Shown: positions 9,968-18,872 of the stretch, piece after piece | Numbering within the stretch: the first letter of the stretch is position 1 | Layout: each line of letters starts with the position of its first letter | Assembly (NCBI GenBank): GCA_965214835.1 | Contig: CBDCCK010000002.1 | Location: 1,952,001-2,016,000, forward strand | Direction of reading: 5' to 3' | Source: Nitrosopumilaceae archaeon | GTDB lineage: Archaea > Thermoproteota > Nitrososphaeria > Nitrososphaerales > Nitrosopumilaceae | Length of the DNA stretch: 64,000 nucleotides | Program-made: the position numbers and the translations under genes | Notes under the pieces: model-generated | Seen by the model: the letters and a program-made list of their open reading frames with translations, nothing else | What the model was told of the DNA's origin: nothing | The model's database searches: none

Positions 9968-10453
9968 ATGGGGCGCGGACTATTCCTGGATCGTGACGGC
10001 GTATTGAATTTTAAATCTGAATCCTACGTGACAGGAGTAGATGAGCTGGTATTGCTTCCGGATGTGGGAAAGCACTTGAGAAAATTTCAGGAATGCGGCT
10101 TTCAGCTGTTTGTGATTACCAACCAGTCTGCAATAAATCGCGGACTGCTAAGTCATGAAACCCTGAATAAAATCCACCAGAAGCTGTTACATCAATTATC
10201 CGCAGATGGCGTTACCGTAAAAAAAATCTATTACTGCCCGCACAAACCAGAAGAGAGGTGTGCATGCCGCAAACCAAAAAACGCATTGTTTGAAAAAGCC
10301 CTAAGGGACAACCGTCTTGATCCCTCACAATCCTGGATGATAGGAGATTCAAACTCCGATGTTGAGGCTGCAATCGCTTCCGGCATAAACCCATTTAAAA
10401 TAAGAACCAATTCCTCCTTGCTGGCCTGCATTGAGAAGATCTTAGACGGCTGA
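9968..10453 (+). CDS. gmhB: Heptose-1,7-bisphosphate phosphatase (HAD IIIA)
   Basis: 'FLDRDGVLN', 'TNQS', 'CPHxxxxxCxCRKP' and 'MIGDxxxD'. Confidence 0.92.
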   Translation: MGRGLFLDRDGVLNFKSESYVTGVDELVLLPDVGKHLRKFQECGFQLFVITNQSAINRGLLSHETLNKIHQKLLHQLSADGVTVKKIYYCPHKPEERCACRKPKNALFEKALRDNRLDPSQSWMIGDSNSDVEAAIASGINPFKIRTNSSLLACIEKILDG

Positions 10454-10552
10454 AACCCATCTGTTTTTTAGAACTTTACGAAATAGATGCCTGTTATTTT
10501 TTCCTTGATCAAAGAATCGGGAGACTGCAGATGCGTCTGTGATCGTATGAGT

Positions 10553-11222
10553 TTACCCCGTCTCGAGGAATACGGCGCGGTAGGCACGATCATAAAGATC
10601 CCGGCCAGTCCTGTCGCCTGAGGGGTAAACTCGTACAGACGTATCTACTAGACATTCCATCATTTTATACTTTCTTTGCATGAGTTCATTGTTCTGCGTG
10701 TGGTATTCTGTTTCATAGGTCAACATGTGCCAGATCACCTTTGCAGGCGTTCTGGCCACGACTACCTTGGTCTTGACATGATGCGCCAGATGCACGTCTA
10801 TTTGCACATCCTTAAGCATGTCATGCAGCAGAATCCAGTTCCCCGTAGCCTCGCAGACTGCACAAATCTTGCGTTCTGCATATCCCTAGCTGATCTGTCC
10901 TGCAAATTTTTTATCCCGTAGGTTGTGTTGGAAAACTCCGCCTGGTCCAGAATCCCTGCAGTCTGGTCCTTGATGACTGCTACGTACGTCCTTTTATGGG
11001 CGTCTATTCCTACGTTGATCATGTTATCACCTCCTTTCTGATCAAAATGCCTGATCCGGGCGGAATCTCCCATTCACCGTCTTCTGCGCGGTACATTGCT
11101 TTCCGCCTGCTGTTACGAGTCAGTCTATAAAACACCCTTGTACATGGTAAGTTCCGATCGACTCTCAGGCCCAACAGTAATGGCATATCACAGGATACAG
11201 ATAAGATTTCATATAGCGTCTA
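10553..11222 (-). mobile_element. IS110 family remnant: internally deleted transposase plus 5' non-coding end
   Basis: N-terminus 'MINVGIDAHK' (ATG 11022, SD ggaggtga) is joined to the C-terminal 'VARTPAKVIWHMLT'; the middle of the gene is missing. Confidence 0.75.
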
Positions 11223-11282
11223 CTGAGAATAGGAACACTTTTTTTTCGCACACTTTTTGAGTCAGGAGGCCGAGTCACAAAT

Positions 11283-12458
11283 ATGACCAAGAAAGCATGG
11301 AGTACGCAGGACAAGATAGAGATAGTCATGGAGCACATCAACACCAATAAGGACGCGCACACGAGTCACCTCATGGATCCCGGCGGGGCAGACGGGCAGC
11401 AAAAGGCAAGGCCGGCAAGGCGCCTGTCTGGATTCGGGGCAGCTGCCAGGTACTGCGGCTCTAAGATGTCCAAGTTCGGTGGGGCCCTATACGCATCTTG
11501 CACGGCAAAGGACAGGATCAGGGTCGCCTTTATCTACAAGCCGTCTTGGAGATACTATGACCGAAACAACTCCATCAACAACAGGTACTATTTCTTTTTT
11601 CAGGCGCTACGGAGAAACAGGAACCTCCAGATGGGCTATTTTCCCGCAGAGCATACGTTTGATACGGCAAAGCTCAGGGGAAAGTACGATGTCATACTGT
11701 GTACGAACAGCGAGATCAGCACGCCGCAGCTAAACGGCGCCCGGGATCTGGGCATCCCGGTGATTGCCCACACGCACGACCCACACCACATCAAAACGTT
11801 TGATCTAGTCGGCTTTCATGAAAAGTACGGGGTGGACTATTACTTTAACTTCATACCTGCCAGTTATTTTTACAAGTACCTTCCAAGGGACTTTGGGTAC
11901 AGGATGATAACTTATGGTGTCGAGCCAGATCTGCCACATCTGCCCGCATTCGCAGACCGGATAAGGGATCGCATTCTGCTTACGGGGACGCTCTGGAAGG
12001 GGAACGCAAACGACCCTGTCCAAAACCCCTATACGCTGAGGAGGACGTGCAGGGATCTGCCGTACGTCGACTATGCCGGGGTCGTGCCAGGCACCATCCA
12101 GTACGTGCACGCAGGACATCCGGACTTTATAACACACCTGTCACGGTACAGGGCAACCATAACCGCAACGAGGTACTTTCCTACCATCAAGTACTACGAG
12201 TCCACGGCTGCCGGATGCCTGACGTTCATGGAGTTCTCAGAGGAAAGCCACGGCGGGTACCTAGGATTCCGGGACGGGGAGAGCGCAGTGTTTATCGACT
12301 CTAAAAACTACAAAAAAAGGTTCGAGGAATACTTGGCCTCTCCAGATGATCCAAAGTGGGCGCAAATAGCGGCGCGCGGAAAAAGACACACCATGGAGAA
12401 CCTCACAAACGACAAGGCGGCCGAGTCCCTTGTGGACCTGATGCGGGAGCTGATCTGA
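11283..12458 (+). CDS. Glycosyltransferase-like protein (CgeB/YkvP-like C-terminus) fused to the first ~21 aa of an IS3 orfA
   Basis: Starts 'MTKKAWSTQDKIEIVMEHINT' (as at 17015 and 38471); C-terminal 'KYYESTAAGCLTF...GFRDGESAVF...IAARGK'. Confidence 0.7.
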   Translation: MTKKAWSTQDKIEIVMEHINTNKDAHTSHLMDPGGADGQQKARPARRLSGFGAAARYCGSKMSKFGGALYASCTAKDRIRVAFIYKPSWRYYDRNNSINNRYYFFFQALRRNRNLQMGYFPAEHTFDTAKLRGKYDVILCTNSEISTPQLNGARDLGIPVIAHTHDPHHIKTFDLVGFHEKYGVDYYFNFIPASYFYKYLPRDFGYRMITYGVEPDLPHLPAFADRIRDRILLTGTLWKGNANDPVQNPYTLRRTCRDLPYVDYAGVVPGTIQYVHAGHPDFITHLSRYRATITATRYFPTIKYYESTAAGCLTFMEFSEESHGGYLGFRDGESAVFIDSKNYKKRFEEYLASPDDPKWAQIAARGKRHTMENLTNDKAAESLVDLMRELI

Positions 12459-12486
12459 GTCTTTGCATGTTTTTTGCCTCTTCCCA

Positions 12487-12764
12487 GAGAAGCGATTCGA
12501 AATTAGAGACCGTACGAATTTTTCAAATAATTTCACAGATAATCTGTATTTTGTTGATGTTTTGGGGGTTGTCGCCTAATTCCACTTGTTTGACTCAATC
12601 TGCACGTTTTTCTGAATTTCTGCCCCTTTGCATGCCTGATCCATGTGGCATCTCAGCGGTTCTCAGGAATTCTGGCGAATTAGGCGACAACCCCGATGTT
12701 TTGAGCTGATTTACGCAAATTCGTCCACAAATAATCAGAATCTGCCAATTTCGAACCAACTCTC
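12487..12764. mobile_element. 139-bp MITE-B carrying a nested 130-bp MITE-A (12565-12694)
   Basis: MITE-A has TIR ggggttgtcgcctaattc and 9-bp TSD gatgttttg; MITE-B TIR is approximately gagagttgattcgaaattag; the empty-site sequence is seen at 24001-24074. Confidence 0.88.
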
Positions 12765-12812
12765 AGGGGCGAGATAAGGATGGCAGAAATGAGCGGCTGG
12801 TTGATGTAGATG

Positions 12813-15320
12813 TTACGTATACTTGACGTCCCCGTGTGCCGTACCACCGTTTCCTCCGCCCGAAGAGTCCGACAGATCGCCCTCGAACTCAAGGTGCATC
12901 AGGAGCGCACCATCATAGTCTCCCATACACGCATGATCACCGGTAAGCGCGTCGACGGTGCCGGTGCCTTTGGTGTCTGACACGGTAGCCATCTCCACAT
13001 GGCATTTGTGTACGTCCGATATGTAGTCGGCAGGCAACCGTGCCGAGTATATCATGATATCATCCAGCACGGTATCCTGTGCAGGATTTCTGCCGATGCT
13101 ACTAGCACCTATCGCAAGCCGGTGATCATTTGCAACGGATCCTGCCAGCGACGTGTTGTACCAGCGCAGATTGTCGATCTGTCCGTCCACGTACACGTCG
13201 AGTCCGCCCCTGTCTCCTGAGCCATCATAGGTAAACACGATGTGGTGCCAGCGGCCGTCGGTCATGCCGGAGAACGTGCCGACGGTGATCTGGCTTTGCG
13301 CATCGTCTGCCATCCGGAATGAAATCCCGCCATATGGGTTGCCCCATACGGTGATGCCCTGCTGCCTGGCCGCGTCAGCCTTTGAGATGATCAACGAGTC
13401 AGGGTTGCCGGGTTCGAGCATCTTGATCCAGAAGGCTATGCTGAACGGATCGGCCCCACCGAGATCGAGTCCGGGTGCGGCGGCAAGCGTGACGTATGCA
13501 GTGCCGTCAAGGTGGAGGGCCCGGCCGGCGGGGCCGTATGCAGGCAGGGACGTCCACCCGGGCGGGTTCCACACCGTCACCTCCATACTGCTACTGAAAT
13601 GTCGGTGGAACTTGGATGGTATCGGCGTGTCTGGTTTTGAGGGACCCTGAAACTCGATTACCCTATCACTGCCATCGTATATGTCAACATACCGCTGTGA
13701 CCAGTCCGTTTCCGGAGACGCCGTCGCATTGCCCCCATCACCACCGCCGGTCTCCAGCACGTTCCTATGAAACTTGACCCTGTCGACAGAGTCGATCATT
13801 ACGATCTTGTTGGTTTTGTGCGGACGCGTGTCGTACAGGTCATATCTGTCCAAGCTTGAATGGGTAATATTGTAGCCGTGCAGCCGCCATGATTCGTTAA
13901 TCAGCCACATGATTATTTCCGCGTCGGAGCCGGCATAGTTTTGCAGCGCAAAGAACAGTGCGCTAGGATAGGCAGACATCGTGTCCCAATGCACAAACAC
14001 TCCCGACGTGGACAGGCCGAGCGCCGCGACGGCAAGCAAGGCAGCCAGCAACAGCGTGCGCTGCCTCCCCGGATCCTGTATTCTGGCTGATGCCCTTTCA
14101 ATCCCTGCGCCGATCAGTGCGGCGGCGGCAATGCACATCACAGTCCACAACATCCCCAGATGGTAGAGGTACGTCACGAACCCGATTGATCCAAAGAACA
14201 GCAGGACGGGTGCGGCCCACAGCAGCAGAAACCTGTTGCGTGAGGCCACCGCAAAGGCCAGTCCTGCTGTGCCCAGCGATACCATGACCGGATCCATCTC
14301 GAACAGCAGTATCGTGGCCACCAGCATGATCGCAGGACGGGTCAGTATGTCAGGATCCTGGTCATATACGAGGGCGATCGACGTGTATTGCTGCAGCAGA
14401 TCCAGCTTGGACTGACTGCCCCTGTCTGTGTGCCACAGGACGCCGTCCACCCACCCGTCAAAATCACCTGCCAGTGCCGCAGAGGCGGGCCAGGCTGCCG
14501 CAATCAGGATTGCGGGCACAAGCCACAGCAGTACGCGCCCCGGCCTCCTGCCGGCCGACCAGACCAGAGCGAGGACAAGCGGGATCATGACAAGCGAGGG
14601 AACCTTGACAAGCATGGCGCATCCCATGCAGACACCAGACAGGATAATCAGCAGGCGGATCCTGTCCGGGCCAGGTTGCAGCGACGCACCCCTCTGAGAC
14701 GGGCCGTCCTTCGGGTTAGGACCGCGCGCGTGCATGGCAAGCAGAACGGAAGAGAGGACAAATGGGAGGAGGATCGAGTCCAGCAGAACCAGTCTGAGCG
14801 TCATCGATACGGGCATCGCCGCGAACAGGATCGCCGCAATTGGTGCGATCCTGCGCCCAAAGCCCCTCTCGACTATCTTGTATATCAGAAAGGTGTCTAG
14901 GACGGCAAGCAGGCCCATGAGGATGCGTGGTGCCCCGTAAAGCATCCCAAGCGAGGACGCCTCCTCCGGTGTCACAAGGAAGTCAGGGTATCCCGTGGCA
15001 TGCAGGAATCCGGCCAGCATCGTGATAGAAGAGATGTCATGATACTCATGTGGATAGGCCGATCCCGTGGCATGCAGGAATCCGGCCAGCATCGTCCAGC
15101 CAAGGAACGGATGGTCGTGATTGTAGGGCAGTATCCTGTGATCCAGTACGTCCAGGGCCCGTCCTATGTAGGTTGACTCGTCTGGGTGCCACGACGGAAA
15201 CCCTGCCGTGTTCCACATGTGCGTGTATGCAGAAAGCGCCAGTATTGCTACAAGCAGGAGGAGTGGCCCGTGCCCCGACAGGCGCCCCGTGCGAATGGTG
15301 GTACGTCCGAGGCCAAGCAT
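12813..15320 (-). CDS. GT39/ArnT-like polytopic membrane glycosyltransferase with C-terminal LamG domain
   Basis: 'HPDESTY', 'HDHPFLGW', many TM segments, 'LLDSILLPF'; LamG motifs 'FSIAFWIK', 'DGRWHHIVFTYDG', 'LDDIMIY'. Confidence 0.85.
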   Translation of the reverse strand: MLGLGRTTIRTGRLSGHGPLLLLVAILALSAYTHMWNTAGFPSWHPDESTYIGRALDVLDHRILPYNHDHPFLGWTMLAGFLHATGSAYPHEYHDISSITMLAGFLHATGYPDFLVTPEEASSLGMLYGAPRILMGLLAVLDTFLIYKIVERGFGRRIAPIAAILFAAMPVSMTLRLVLLDSILLPFVLSSVLLAMHARGPNPKDGPSQRGASLQPGPDRIRLLIILSGVCMGCAMLVKVPSLVMIPLVLALVWSAGRRPGRVLLWLVPAILIAAAWPASAALAGDFDGWVDGVLWHTDRGSQSKLDLLQQYTSIALVYDQDPDILTRPAIMLVATILLFEMDPVMVSLGTAGLAFAVASRNRFLLLWAAPVLLFFGSIGFVTYLYHLGMLWTVMCIAAAALIGAGIERASARIQDPGRQRTLLLAALLAVAALGLSTSGVFVHWDTMSAYPSALFFALQNYAGSDAEIIMWLINESWRLHGYNITHSSLDRYDLYDTRPHKTNKIVMIDSVDRVKFHRNVLETGGGDGGNATASPETDWSQRYVDIYDGSDRVIEFQGPSKPDTPIPSKFHRHFSSSMEVTVWNPPGWTSLPAYGPAGRALHLDGTAYVTLAAAPGLDLGGADPFSIAFWIKMLEPGNPDSLIISKADAARQQGITVWGNPYGGISFRMADDAQSQITVGTFSGMTDGRWHHIVFTYDGSGDRGGLDVYVDGQIDNLRWYNTSLAGSVANDHRLAIGASSIGRNPAQDTVLDDIMIYSARLPADYISDVHKCHVEMATVSDTKGTGTVDALTGDHACMGDYDGALLMHLEFEGDLSDSSGGGNGGTAHGDVKYT

Positions 15321-15573
15321 GGGCTATCCTCACCCGTCATCCAAATAACTGTTCGGAGGGAATTATTTTGTTGCATAACCCTGCCTGAAATTTGGAATTT
15401 GGTCGAAAATCGTACAACATCAGGTTCTACGTAAAATCAGGCGTGAACAGGAAATTTGGATGAATACTTTACGTCTAGAAAGTTGAGGATCTGATGTTGT
15501 ACGATTTTTTTGATCTGTACTGATTACGCAAAGTCTATTGAAAATTACATGATGGTTTGAAGCAAGGAGGTGA

Positions 15574-16491
15574 TCATAGCGTCAAGTTTCGGAGTTGCTG
15601 GATCCATTTGCGCTGTATCTTTTTGTAGGTCGGGCCGGCAATTGAGAAGATTATCTTCTGCTCCTTTAGTGGCATCTTCCCATCGTAGAGTCTGATGGCG
15701 TCCGGATCTATTGAGCGATACGGATCTGTGTCTCCTATGGCGTACCCGTTCTCGTCAACGTATTTGTGCTCCATCAGGTGATGGTTCAGCATCTTGGTGT
15801 CAAACGGGATTTTCAGGAACCTGCATATGTGTCTGATGTTTCTTTCCGGCGAGGTACACAGATCTTCGTACAGGATCAGACGGAGTTTGTAGCCCATCTC
15901 GTCATACCGGAAGAAGGATTCGGTCTTTATCTTCCAGTACAACGCCACCTTTGCTGCAAACGAGAACTCGCCGGCATTTTTTATTATGGACAGGTCTCCA
16001 GCGTACTTTTCATTGAAGCCAGGAATTGTCTCGGGGTAGAGGGAATCCACATATCCTTCCCATGAGTTGGCCCAAGATGAGTATCGTGGGTTTGTCTTTA
16101 GCCTCTTCAGGGAAAGGCACACGTCCCTGGGATCCCTGACTAGGAACAAGACAAGATGGTTGTTGTACCTGAACGGAAATGGAAACTTGTGGTAGCTTAT
16201 GTCCCTTGCCACCCCGTCTGTATTGTCAAACTGCTCTGTCAGACAGGGGCACTTGAAGGCCAGAACTCTTTTTCCCAGACTTTTCTGCTCGCGAAGCTCC
16301 CCTTCGAGCACCGTCTCATCTGCAAAGTAATCATAGGAGGTCGGCTCGTCATGGCAGCTGATCCCGCTGTGGCACTCGAGAATAAGATGCATCAGCGTTG
16401 TTCCAGAGCGCTGGCATCCCACAATGAGGCAGATGTCAGAGTGCTCGTCGACCAGCCGGTCAAACAAACGCGATCTGTTGACATCGGCCAC
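15574..16491 (-). CDS. Sulfotransferase family protein
   Basis: 5'-PSB 'IVGCQRSGTTLM', 3'-PB 'LVRDPRDV', and 'YEDLCTSPE'. Confidence 0.88.
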   Translation of the reverse strand: MADVNRSRLFDRLVDEHSDICLIVGCQRSGTTLMHLILECHSGISCHDEPTSYDYFADETVLEGELREQKSLGKRVLAFKCPCLTEQFDNTDGVARDISYHKFPFPFRYNNHLVLFLVRDPRDVCLSLKRLKTNPRYSSWANSWEGYVDSLYPETIPGFNEKYAGDLSIIKNAGEFSFAAKVALYWKIKTESFFRYDEMGYKLRLILYEDLCTSPERNIRHICRFLKIPFDTKMLNHHLMEHKYVDENGYAIGDTDPYRSIDPDAIRLYDGKMPLKEQKIIFSIAGPTYKKIQRKWIQQLRNLTL

Positions 16492-16532
16492 CTCGCTGGG
16501 CAGGGGGAACTGATCCCAGTTGACGGATGCGT

Positions 16533-17087
16533 TTATCCGGTCCCCCTCCCAAGCTTGAAGACAGCATCTCCCCTAGCACAATCAAGAGGATGCGGGTCTC
16601 CCCGGCACTCTCCCTCGTCCTGTAAACTTTCAATTGTATTGACGGTTTTACCCGTTGCCCCGCTGTACTGCAATGCCATGTGCGTGCTCCAGCCCTTGTT
16701 CTTTAACTCCGTTACTACAGCCACCTTTTGCCTGCCTGCCTCCAAGGTTTTTTTCAATACCGCGTTGGCCACGGCGTATTCCCCGACTATCTTCTTGAGC
16801 GACTCGATCTCTTTTTGCTGCCGCTCCTCTGTTGACTTGTGGCCCCTGCCTGATAGTGACGCGCGTCCGGCCTGCAAAAAGCGCTCCCTCCACTGATAAA
16901 ACGTCCTGGGGGAGAGGTTGTGGCGGTGGCACAGCTCTGCCGTCTCGATGCTGGTGTTGATGTGCTCCATGACTATCCCTATCTTGTCCTGCGTATTCCA
17001 TATTTTCTTTGTCATATTTGTAATTCGACCTCCTGATTCAAAAAGTGTGCGAAAAAAAGTGTTCCTATTCTAGCGGGGTCCTCACCA
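16533..17087 (-). mobile_element. IS3 family left part (orfA 17015 to ~16725), truncated
   Basis: Left TIR tggtgaggacccc at 17087; orfA is nearly identical to 38471-38761. Confidence 0.8.
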
Positions 17088-17264
17088 CTTTCTATGTATC
17101 GGAGTGACTTTTCCTCCGGTCTTTTACTCATGTTTTTTGATCGGTACAGTCTAAAATAATCCTTCAAAGTACGCCTGATCTTAGTCGGAATTAATTTTTG
17201 TACGACACAAACAGACTGTTACAAAGACATGTTTTATAAAATGTGAGGAGAACACCAGCGTACC

Positions 17265-18131
17265 TTGGTTGCTCTGAAAAACATTCTCCCTGCACTGCGC
17301 ATAAGGAAGGACACCTGCCTGAGTCTGCTGACCGTGTGCATAAAGACGTTCTGTCGGCCCAGCACGCTTTATGCCACTCTTGACAACATCATTGTCAAGA
17401 GCAGGTATCATGATCTGAGCATCCTAGTAGCTGATGACAGCGATGACGATTACAAGAAAAAAAACGGGGAGATTGTGCGGCATTTTAGAGGAATAAACAA
17501 AAACCTGAGGTTGCTGGAGATGCCGTTTGACGTAGGCCTCTCCAGGGGCAGAAACCTGCTTGTCGAAAACTGCAAGACAAAGTATGCGCTTATGCTAGAC
17601 GATTCCAGACACTTCACTAGGGACACCAAGATTGAGAAAATGGTAGATTTTCTAAGGGAGACGGACTATCATTTGGTGGGCGGGGTCATTCCCGGCAGAG
17701 GCAGAATCGACTCTCATTATACCGGCATGTTTGAAAAAATACGCCATGACAGCAAAAGCAACACGGTCAATATTTGGGTAGATACCATCCTAGAGAGAAT
17801 CGATTATGACAAGATTCCGGTATTCAAGACGAATGTTACGCTGAATTGCTTTATTGCAAAAACCGAACTCCTGAGAAGGTGTAGATGGCGCGACGAGCTG
17901 AAAACCATGGAGCATGAAAACTTTTTTTTGGACTGGTACAACATGGGCTACAGATGCGCAGTCTCATTCCTGTGTCCTTTTGTAGAAAACTCTGCTGAAA
18001 GCAGGCAGTATCCGGCAAAATACCGCCACCTCAGATACGACCCTGCAAGAAACAACAAGACAGATCTAGGCTCCAGAGGAACCATACCGCTGGTAAACAT
18101 CAACTATAACAGAGACGCGCTGCACTGCTGA
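17265..18131 (+). CDS. Glycosyltransferase resembling animal B4GALNT (GT12-like, GT-A fold)
   Basis: 'IKTFCRP', 'VADDSD', 'MPFDVGLSRGRN', 'KTKYALMLDD', 'HLVGG', 'EHENFFLD'; TATA box 17232-17241. Confidence 0.75.
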   Translation: MVALKNILPALRIRKDTCLSLLTVCIKTFCRPSTLYATLDNIIVKSRYHDLSILVADDSDDDYKKKNGEIVRHFRGINKNLRLLEMPFDVGLSRGRNLLVENCKTKYALMLDDSRHFTRDTKIEKMVDFLRETDYHLVGGVIPGRGRIDSHYTGMFEKIRHDSKSNTVNIWVDTILERIDYDKIPVFKTNVTLNCFIAKTELLRRCRWRDELKTMEHENFFLDWYNMGYRCAVSFLCPFVENSAESRQYPAKYRHLRYDPARNNKTDLGSRGTIPLVNINYNRDALHC

Positions 18132-18189
18132 GTGTCAGCTGCATGCTGCATACGCATTGTATGCTGCATCTGCACGCCGTGGCGGAGCA

Positions 18190-18606
18190 GGGAGTTGATT
18201 CGAAATTAGCAGATTCTGATTATTTGTAAACGGATTTGCACAAAGCAGCGGGGTTGTCGCCTAATTCCACTTGTTTGACTCAATCTGCACGTTTTTCTGA
18301 ATTTCTGCCCCTTTGCATGCCTGATCCATGTGGCATCTCAGCGGTTCTCAGGAATTCTGGCGAATTAGGCGACAACCCCCAAAGCAGCTCAAAACACCAA
18401 CAAAATACAAATTATTTGTGAAATTACTGGGGTTGTCGCCTAATTCCATTTATCTAGCCCTACCCGCACATTTTTCTGAATTTCCGCCCTTTTGCACGCC
18501 TGATCCATATGGCATCTCAACGGTTTTCAGGAATTCTGATGAATTAGGCGACAACCCCGAAATTACTTGAAAGATTCGTACGGTTTCTAATTTTGGATCA
18601 CCTCTC
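18190..18606. mobile_element. 139-bp MITE-B with two nested 130-bp MITE-A copies (18250-18379, 18429-18558)
   Basis: 9-bp TSDs caaagcagc and gaaattact; length 417 = 139 + 2 x (130 + 9). Confidence 0.9.
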
Positions 18607-18872
18607 TGATGACATGCCTTAGTACACACATCAAAAATTGGAACATAATTTTGGCATATTGTGCCTATTTTGGCACAAAAATGTTTGATTTTCAACTGTG
18701 CGTACTAGTGATCTTCTTGTCCGACATCTTTCTTGTCATGTCTCTGCCTGATCGGTACAGTCTGAAATGCTCGGCGACCGTACGCCTTATCTTTAGGCGG
18801 ATCTAATTTTTGTACAAAACACGGCCCCGGTTTGCGTTATATGTTTATAGAGAACTGCGCATACGGCAAATA

